Source of the DNA: Octopus bimaculoides | Taxonomy: Eukaryota | Assembly (NCBI RefSeq): GCF_001194135.2 | Contig: NC_068994.1 | Span: 42,140,777 to 42,204,776, forward strand | DNA: 64,000 nt | Reading direction: 5' to 3' | Position numbers and translations under genes: made by a program | Shown: in pieces, positions 54,451 to 64,000 of the stretch | How positions within the stretch are numbered: the first letter of the stretch is position 1 | Layout of the letters: every line of letters begins with the position of its first letter | The notes under the pieces: model-generated | What the model saw: the letters and a program-made list of their open reading frames with translations, nothing else | The model's database searches: none | Told to the model about the DNA's origin: nothing

Positions 54451-54843
54451 TATATGTACACTNNNNNNNNNNNNNNNNNNNNNNNNNNNNNNNNNNNNNN
54501 NNNNNNNNNNNNNNNNNNNNNNNNNNNNNNNNNNNNNNNNNNNNNNNNNNNNNNNNNNNNNNCAGCATGGTCGCAGTCAAATGACTGAAACAAGTAAAAG
54601 AGAGTAAAAGAGTAGGGAGTATTTCGGGGACTACTCATAATACATACACACAAATATATTCGAGTGCCTTCAAAAGAAGAGTAATTGACTGATTGGCTCA
54701 ACATACTGAAAATAGTAGCAAAATTTCTTTCAAATTATACCTTACTAACATAAGATTACATTAAACATAGGCCTGTTCAATTAAGGTTAGCCTGAGAATT
54801 AACAAAATCTGAAAGTAATGATAGATTTAAAAAATTGATTCTT

Positions 54844-55065
54844 ATTTCTTTATTGCCCACAAGGGGCTAAACATAGAGAGTACAGACAAAGGGATTAAGT
54901 CGATTACATTGCCCCCAGTGCGTAACTGGTACTTAATTTATCGACCCCAAAAGGATGAAAGGTAAAGTCGACCTTGACAGAATTTGAACTCAGAACATAG
55001 TGGCAGACAAAATACCGCTAAACATTTTGCCTGGCATGCTAACACTTCTGCCAGCTCGCCACCTT
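54844..55065 (-). mobile_element. SINE family B
   Basis: Low-divergence copy with tail GCCCACAAGGGGCTAAACATAGAG. Confidence 0.85.
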
Positions 55066-56870
55066 GATTCTATGAAGTATTCAGCAATGTATGATGAACA
55101 GTAGCACTCAATACTTGTTGGAATGATTTTGTAATGGAATTTTCTTTAGCAGCCATTGGAGAGAGGGGAGAAAAGAGGAAAGAGAGAATATCTTGTCAGC
55201 TCAGGGTTCTAGAAGAAGTGACTTACCCAATGTGCCACAAGCACAGTGGAACTGAACTGAAAATGGTTACTGTGAAGACAAAACCTTGTCAGAAAGCCAC
55301 TAGATTAGATGATTGAATGATAATCTAGACTTTATTGCATCTTGACACTGGTCAGGATTACTGTAGAGAGATGTGTTCAGGTTGTGTTATTGACCAAATA
55401 CTGGAAGAATATTGAGTAGAATGTATTGTTGATATCCATTGAAGTAAATATGCGTAATAGTTCAAACTTGATGGCTATTTCTATTATTTTTATTGCAAAC
55501 CTGGAATAATTCAAGTTAATGTTTTTATCAATTGCTTGGATAGCAGTATTTGAGGTTTTTAAATAATGTTAAATTAAAACAAACTACAAAGCCAGAACTA
55601 AAATCCAATGGTCAAAACTGTTTTCTTTGATCAATTTTGGCAATGAAGTTAACTTATTCACTCAAAAGTATTCTGTGCCAAGCTAAGTTGGCAAGGTTTT
55701 TGATAAATGTATAAATTCATATATTCCGATATATTTACAAGCGAATGTTGTTACATCCACTCTAACATAAAACGAGGTAAGTATATGATATCTAATATAT
55801 ATTTATTTAACTTAAATATATCGAGTCTACAACATAGACTTTAATATCCATGATAGATGAGCCATAAGTCAATAAATGAATGTTGTCAGAGTGATTGAGT
55901 TGCTAAGTGATCGAAATAAACATAACTATGAAAAAAAAAAAGAAAAGAAATAAAGAGCTAAAGGAAAAGAGTATGATATGACAAAACAACTAAACTTGTG
56001 ACAATGTTCAATGTTTTATTAACTATATTTTATTCATTGGTATTGTTTTTTTATTATTTATAAAATATTGCCATATAACCCAAGTAACAGCTCAACATAT
56101 TAATCAAATGAAATACAATAACAACAACAACAGCAATAACAACAGCAACAACAAAAGTAACACCTTTAGTCAATCATTATAAGTCTAGGCAAAACTAGAA
56201 AATTTGTTCATGCAGAAGATATTTATATTGCTATACAGTAGAGTAACTGACAAAGGTACTGTGTGCCTATATATTAGATGAGCAATCACTAAAATGTTGC
56301 TGCAAACAAGGCAATCAGTCAGGGCATATAATGAATAAAATGGCAAACTATACCAATAAAAATTACAATAGGAAATCGCATAAAACTTTTGCACAATCTA
56401 TAAAACAGAAAGTTAGGTTTAGCTATGATTTCTAAATAGAATAAACAGCCAAATTATTTTTTCTACGCCTCTCATATATTACATTTGACAGTATGATTTT
56501 AAATATTTCAAAATATTTGTATTGTAGATAGATGAATTATATTTACACACACACACACATGCATACAGAAATATATATCTACAAAGATGCATGCACAGAT
56601 GCTTTATACATATTTGAATTATGCAACAGAAGCAGTTTTATACTGAAAATATAATGGGAACCACAAAACGTATGTGTTGTTTAAACACCAGAAACTTGTT
56701 TTCCATCTGGGAAAAATCCCTTTAAAGAAGTATTGTGTTGAAAATCACAATATACTTCAGAGCTAGGCAAAATGAAATTGCCCCAGAAGTGATCATGAAA
56801 GGGACAGATATTTGTGTATAACATTGTATAGTTGCACCTTATCAATGTCATATGCTCATGTCACTTTTTC

Positions 56871-57282
56871 TTTTATTCTTTTATTTGTTTCAGTCATTTG
56901 ACTATGGCCATGCTGGAGCACCGCCTTTAGTCGAACAAATCGACCTTAGTACTTATTCTTTGTAAGCCTAGTACCTATTTTATCGGTCTCTTTTGCCGAA
57001 CCACTAAGTTACGGGGACGTGAACACACCAACATCGGTTGTCAAGTGATGGTGGTGGGGGACAAACACAGACACATAAACGTACACACACACACACACAC
57101 ATTTATATACATATATATATGACGGGCTTCTTTCAGTTTCCATCTACCAAATTCATTCACAAGGCTTTGGTTGGCCCGAGGATATAGTTGAAGACACTTG
57201 CCCAAGGTGCCAAACAGTGGGACTGAACCCGGAACCATGTGGTTGGTAGCAAGCTACTTACCACACAGCCACTCCTGCACCT
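56871..57282 (-). mobile_element. SINE family A, full length
   Basis: Reverse complement of family A. Confidence 0.9.
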
Positions 57283-58360
57283 ATTACTTCTGTAATGAAA
57301 AAGTTATACTTATCTGAGAAGCAAAGATTGGGACCTTCTGGTGCCTTCAATATATGGAGATATGTGTTCTATTGTGGACTAATGCATTTAGTTATTGTTA
57401 TTATTATAATCCTTTAAATTCCAGATATATTTGATTAGTGAGGTTATTTAATAATTTTCAATGACCCAATACGATATTTTGTCTCTATTATTTGCAAGAC
57501 AACCCTAACTTAAACTTATGCTTTAGAAAAACGATTGTCATTGAATGGGCAAATATTAGTACTGATGTGATTACAAACAGGAGAAAAGTTCTGCATTTTT
57601 GACATAGTCTTCTTCAGCAGTGAAATATTTGGTGCAACATTTCTTCACCATAAAGCTGTTTTTGTAATGATCTTATGATATCCATTATCTATAGAAAAAT
57701 GGGAAATATTCATTCAGTTTAGGAAGATCTTACTACTATTGGAATGGACATTTAAACTATATGAAAGATTATATGATATCATATTTCTAATACACATATC
57801 CACTGATGTTCTCATTAAAATATATCAACAGGGAACAGCAGTTGGGTGCAGCAGGAGTATCCAAAAGGTGTATGGATGGGCAGCAGGTAAAAGGTAAGTA
57901 GACGTACTGAGGGGAAAAAGCAATAACACAGGTGAAGGTGTGCCATGAGTGACGCAGGGGAGATGTAAGGTGATGGGTAGTAAAGCTGGCTTGGTCATGG
58001 TAGTATAAACACATATACATATTCATAAACACACACACACACACATATATGAATACATATATACATTGTTCTTGTTGTTTATTTCTTCTCAAGCCATGCC
58101 TGACTCATAAGGGCTGGTTTCCCGGTTTCATTGGTGTATAGGTTCTCCACCTGGATGGGACGCCGGTCTGTCGCAACATATACACATACATATATATGTT
58201 ACAGCTTTATAGCCACTACCCTTATATGAGGCTATATTTTTACCATGGCTAAATATATCTTCTGGATCACAGCATTTTACCATTCAGTAGAGTTCTTTGT
58301 CATCTTTTCCCTGGGCTGTACCATCTTTAAGTTTGCAATAACACATGCATGTACATATAT

Positions 58361-58437
<77 letters not shown>

Positions 58438-59027
58438 TGCATATCTGTATATGTTTGTATATATCTGTATTTATTATCTATCTGTCTGTCTTTCTGCCTG
58501 TCTGTCTGTCTGGTTGTTTATCTGTCTACCTACCTATCTGTCTGTCTTCTGACTATTTGTCTTCTGTCTATCTAGCTATGTTTGCTGTGTATATGTGAAT
58601 GCATGTGTATGTATGAAAGAGAGAGAGAGAGAATGTGTGTGTGCATATAAGCATCAGCATTTGTCTGTTTTCCCAGAAACTACTCCACACTTTTCCAAGG
58701 AATCTTTCCTAAAATTTGCATACATCTCCACAATTATCTTAGAATAATGCATGAAGAAAAATGAAGTCAGAGGTTTCTCTGGGGCAATATCTGTAAATTT
58801 CAAAATCACATAACCAACCGGACACACATGCATATGTACATACCTGCAACAATACACAACTTCATGCATGCAATGATATATATATATACCTTTGAGTTTG
58901 ACAAACTGTCACCATGGCAACAACAGTAGATAGATTTTGGTTTCTATGCTTTTAAAGAATGCTTCATTACCAAAAATATTCTTTCTAATTTTAAAAACTA
59001 AATGCCAAAACCTCCACTTTTTTTTTT

Positions 59028-59431
59028 TTACTCTTTTTACTTGTTTCAGTCATTTGACTGTGGCCATACTGGAGCACCGCCTTTAGTTGAGCAAATCGAC
59101 TCCAGGACTTATTCTTTGTAAGTCTAGTACTTATTCTATCAGTCTCTTTTGCCGAACCGGTAAGTTACGGAGACATAAACACACCACCATCGGTTGTCAA
59201 GTGATGTTGGGGTGACAAACACAGACACGCAAACATATACACACATATACATATATATATATATATATATACATATATACGACGGGCTTCTTTCAGTTTC
59301 CGTCTACCAAATCTACTCACAAGGCTTTGGTCGGCCTGAGGCTATAGCAGAAGACACTTGCCCAAGGTGCCACGCAGTGGGAATGAACCCGGAACCATGT
59401 GGTTGGTAAGCAAGCTACTTACCACACAGCC
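59028..59431 (-). mobile_element. SINE family A, nearly full length
   Basis: Reverse complement of family A. Confidence 0.9.
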
Positions 59432-59475
59432 ATAAATTGAAAATGAATTAAGTGATATGAGTTTAATGAAGTGAA

Positions 59476-59781
59476 GGTGCATGACTTGGTGGTTAGGGTA
59501 TTCAGCCCATAATCATAAGGCCATGAGTTCAATTCCCAGAAACAGATTGTATCCTTGAGCAAGACACTTTATTGCACATTACTCTAGTCCACTCAGCTGG
59601 CTAAAATGAGTAGTACCAGTATTTCAAAGGACCAGCCTTGTCACATTCTGTGTCATGCTAACTACGTTTAGGGTATGCATGTCTGTGGAGTGCTCAGCCG
59701 CTTGTTCCTTAATTTCACGAGCAAGTTGTTCCTGTGATTGGATCAACTGGAATCCTTGTCATCATAACTGACGGAGTGCCA
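59476..59781 (+). mobile_element. SINE with a tRNA+CORE head and a family C tail
   Basis: ATCCTTGAGCAAGACACTTTA..CCACTCAGCTG head, then TTCAAAGGACCAGCCTTGTCACA...GACGGAGTGCC, as in 11020-11190. Confidence 0.8.
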
Positions 59782-59969
59782 TAAGCTTAACAAAGAAAAA
59801 ACAAAACAAAAAGAAATTCATATATTTGGCAATGTGGTCAATACTGTATGCTAAACATGATGTAACCATCATCGTCCTCATCACACCACCACCACCACCA
59901 CCATTTTCATCATCATCATTGTTGTTATATTTCCTTGCCATCATCATCCTAATCATCATTTGAAGCCCT

Positions 59970-60328
59970 TATAAGCTAGCAAAAGCATTAGCATATTGAT
60001 TAAAAAACTTAGCTGCATTTCTTTCAGATCTATACGTTATGAGTTCAAATTCTACTGTCAACTTTGCCTTTCATTGTTTTTAGAGTCAATAAAATAAATA
60101 ACAGCTGGGTCACAAGAATCAATGTTATTGACTTACCCACTCCCTTCAAAATTGCTGGGTTTTTTGCCAAAATTAGAAAGAAGCATTATATTATCATTAT
60201 TATTTTATTGATCCCCTAAAGGATGAAAGGCAAAGATGACTTTGACAGAATTTGAAATCAGAGAGCTGGAACAAATGCCACAAAGCATTTTGTTCTTTGT
60301 TCTAATGATTCCACCAGTTCTTCACCTT
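59970..60328. mobile_element. Inverted pair of family B SINEs (plus about 59970-60185, minus about 60200-60328)
   Basis: ACTTTGCCTTTCAT on plus at about 60061 faces ATGAAAGGCAAAG at about 60223. Confidence 0.7.
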
Positions 60329-60463
60329 TCATTTAAAACTATCAGATTTAACACTTTTTCACAACTATTTACAAATTTACAAAATCATTTTTGGTTTCAA
60401 ATAAAAGTTATATAACAGAAGTAGATTTAGAAAAGAAAAAAAAAATTAAGACTCATAATATAC

Positions 60464-60617
60464 CTGATATTTCCTCATATTGTCCTGTGTCCAGTCCATT
60501 CCAGCCATGAACACTCTCCATGACAACTGGTCCACAATCAAATTTATAGTCGCTGGCAAGAATGTCTCGGTCAATATCAGAGCTAGCAGAATTACCAGCA
60601 GCTTTCTGAACGTTCAT
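60464..60617 (-). CDS. Candidate coding exon (154 nt, phase 0 to 1) of an unidentified minus-strand gene
   Basis: Acceptor GTTTTTTCACTTCATTTCTTATTAG and donor CAG|GTATAT. Only one frame is open: MNVQKAAGNSASSDIDRDILASDYKFDCGPVVMESVHGWNGLDTGQYEEIS(G). The sequence is non-repetitive and GC-richer than its flanks. Protein not recognised. Confidence 0.7.
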
Positions 60618-60664
60618 CTAATAAGAAATGAAGTGAAAAAACAAACTAGAAAACAGATATACAT

Positions 60665-60712
<48 letters not shown>

Positions 60713-63700
60713 GTAAATCTGTTGTGTGTGTATATATATATATATATATGTAAATTTGTTGTGTGTGTNNNNNNNNNNATATATCACAGAATTAATTTCA
60801 TACACAGATACAAAAACGAATATAAACAAGTAAAATTTATCCTGTTTCGTCTTTTTTATTTCTTGATTCATTTTGTGTCGGCTTTAATTTTGAAAAATAA
60901 ATGAATGAAAAGAAAACAAAAAGTATTTGATTTCTCAAACCTTCAATTATAAATAACTGAACTGAAGAGAAAGGCTCCAATATTTCTACTGATATCTTAT
61001 AATTGTTACAGTAATTTAAAACCATAACTACAGGCTTTATCAAACATAGCTGTTCTAATATTTATTTATATATCTAGTCAGTGGCAATAATTTCTATGTT
61101 GATGTTGATTGAGAAAGGAAACACTATTCACAGAGCTAAACCTTATTCTGAATGAAAAACTTCAAATGCTATACAAAGATGCATAAATATCAGGACAGCA
61201 GCAGCACATAGGGAGGAAGTCAGTGTATGTATGTATACAAGGGAGAGAGAATATGTGTGTGTGTCTGACTGTTCCTATGTCTGCTTCTTCTTTGGAGAGA
61301 GGTGTTGTGTGCTCTGTAGCTGTCTCTTGGTTTAGATTTAGAGAATGGCTGTTGGAGGTAGGTAGGATGAGAAATGGATGTCACCTCAATTGATAAGTTT
61401 GAATGTTTACCATATTAGAATAGCAATTATTTTTCTTACACCTCAGGAAGATGGTAGGCAATCAATACAAGAAATTGAAGAGAATATGTTCGCCCAGAAG
61501 TCAAACAATTAAATAGCTAGGTCTTCAAGTGTTCTATGTGTATGTGTATACAAGTATAATGTGTTGGTATTTATATATATATATGTGTGTGTGTATAACT
61601 CAGTGTGTGTGTATGTGTATTTATGCATATATATATATGTATATTAATATATTTTGTGTGTGTGTGTATTCGTATATATCGCCATCATTCTAACATCCAC
61701 TACTCCATACTTGCATGGATCAAATGAAGTTTGACAAGGCCCATTTCCTATGGCTGGATGCCCTTCTTGTTGCCTAAGGTATAAGAAAAATAATTGCTAT
61801 TCTAATATGAAAGCATTCAAACTTATAAATTAAAGTGATATCCATTTTCCACCTACTCAGCCCAACTACCATTCACTAGCCCTAAACCAAGATTCAGTTA
61901 CTTAGCACATGATACTTCTTCTCTGCAAAACTGAGGAGGAGTGAGCGCAAGAGAGTGAGGAGTGAGAGCAAGACAGTGAGGAGAGAGGGAGATAAAAAGT
62001 GGGGAGAGAGAGAGAGAGAGAAAGATGAATTAACTCCCTATGTGCTACTACTACTACAGTGATATTTATATTATGTATCCAACAATGTAATATTAGTGTC
62101 ACAACACCATCACACGTTTTCAGACAAGGTACTATTTCCCCTAGTTCTTCCACTGCTGGATCAACTATTAACCAAAATGAGCATGTGCTTTGGGCATCAT
62201 GGGAAGTGGGGGCACCATAGAAATGGTAAATAGTTTATGGTACAAAAGAAATCACTTTAAACTTGCTAAAATGATATTTCAAGTGGTTTATATGATGAGG
62301 AATTTAATTTCAAAGTGTTCATAGAGAGGATTTGATCAAAGACTTTGCAATTTAAAAAGAAAGGAGAAAACCTTTCAAATATACATAAAGTGGAAGTATA
62401 CAAGAATAAACATTATTTTCCATTTTACTGTTAGTTTTTTCTCATTTTAAAAGATGAAAATTTATTTTATGGCTATGATTGTTTATATATTAAATTACAT
62501 TTCTATGGGGGAACCAAAACCTATAAACTTTACTTTGCATGCTTTTGGATTTATTATAACCTGCCCGTCGAAGTTATAGTAGAAGACACTTGCCCAAGGT
62601 GCCACATAATAATCTAAGCCCAGGACTATATGGTTGAGAACCAAGCATCTTACCTCACAGCCTATACCTATACCTATATATATATATTTATAGAGAGAGA
62701 CAGACAGAGAGGAGAAGATACACACACACAGAGCCATGTGATGTATGCATGCATGTATGTATGTATGCATGTGTCTGTATGTCAGTTTGTGTAGGTGAAA
62801 TAACTGAGTGACTAAGGTACTTCACAACTAATTATTGCATTGTAAGTTCAAAACCAGTGAAACTATTTTGTTTCTTTATACTGGAGGCTGACATTCATTT
62901 TGTATCCTGCAGGATGAGATATTCTATTCCCTCCATAAAAGAGAATCAACATATTTACACACACACACACACATATATATATTTACAAACAAATAGTTAG
63001 CTAGACATGTAAATGCATATATTTGTTGAAAACAATGCAATTAATAAACAAGGGAACAGCAAGAAAACAGGTTCCAAGTACAAAATTGTGATAAATGGCA
63101 ATAGGAGAACAGTTAATGTAATCTTATTTCTTCTAAATAACAGTAAACTTCAAAGAAAATAATAGATAAATGTATTTGGAACAGTGATAAATTTATTAAG
63201 AAATTGCCCAAATTGGACAAGAATAATGTACTCAATCATTAGATTATTTGAGGAATACCCATCCTAGTTTTAGAAATATAATAAGCAAAGATTTAGCATA
63301 AAAGTAAAATGGGTTGAAATGTAATAGAAAACAAAAGCAAAAAATAATTTATTGTTATGCTCGGATTGTTCAAAGAATGGTTTCTTTTATACTGAGTGTA
63401 AATGATGTGGATGGACATCAGTTTGATCGCACATAAACAGAAAGAAAACAATGTATACATCCTACGCGTATATACATATGTATATATATATATATATATA
63501 CATAAATACATACATACATATATATATGCATAATAAAATAAAATATCATGCTTCACAGAGACAGCTTGTGAATGAATAAATAATAGAATAAATGTAGACA
63601 CTGATCAGCTTTAAAAGATAGGACTCAGTGTCATATAATTCAATGCAAATAAACGATTAGAGATTTGTAAAACATTAGGTTCCTCTTTCTACGACTGGGA

Positions 63701-64000
63701 AAAATGGTAATGGCAAAATAAGAACAAATAGATAAATAAATAAACGAAAATAAATAAATAAATAGAAATGTTCTGAGAAGCACAGAGTTAATTGGCTTGG
63801 TTTATATATTTGGACAATACATGTTCTTATAATCAGATCTGGATTAGCATTTCTTTAAAACGAGCACCAGATACATCTGCACGGCATATAACCATAACTC
63901 TTTGAATTACCATAGTAATGACATTGTAATGACATAGTAACGACATAGTAACAAATGAAATTTTTATGAGGAAACATTGGCGATGGCATGGCTGTGTGAT

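Noticed and set aside
60700-60778. Duplicated TATATGTAAAT(C/T)TGTTGTGTGTG next to a 10-N gap
   Set aside because: Most likely a contig-end overlap or haplotype artefact.
1622-63601. Most ORFs in the supplied track (IYIY, CVCV, HTHT, LSLS, SIYL repeats and X runs)
   Set aside because: They are translations of di- and tetranucleotide microsatellites and N gaps, not genes.
1-64000. CRISPR arrays, operons, defence or retron-like systems
   Set aside because: There are no regularly spaced repeats with unique spacers and no intact long ORFs. The window is eukaryotic intronic or intergenic DNA.

Overview
This is AT-rich eukaryotic, mostly non-coding DNA from a gapped draft assembly with 7 N-runs, nearly all next to microsatellites. 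I infer an octopod cephalopod (Octopus-like) from the repeat families and the very dense (TA)n/(CA)n/(GATA)n/(AAT)n/(GAT)n tracts. Almost every ORF in the supplied track is a translated microsatellite. Recognisable content: (1) many tRNA-derived SINE copies of at least three families with exchangeable modules; (2) decayed transposon coding remnants, namely a HERO-like and three R4/Dong-like restriction-endonuclease-type non-LTR fragments, a CR1/L2-type 3' end, a possible APE-LINE, a hAT transposase and a mariner HTH; (3) a canonical non-autonomous Helitron, a second probable one and several MITEs; (4) a few small splice-site-bounded exon candidates on the minus strand (best 60464-60617 and 43894-43965), suggesting most of the window is intron of one large gene I cannot name. 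I found no rRNA, true tRNA or CRISPR array, and cannot support a claim of a new biological system. The best leads are the unassigned minus-strand gene, a GC-rich polyQ/UGA exon-like island at 20.9-21.0 kb, an R4/Dong cluster in TAA-type repeats, SINE module shuffling and a 220-bp duplicated E-box cassette. All translations were done by eye, and repeat boundaries are approximate unless an exact motif is quoted.
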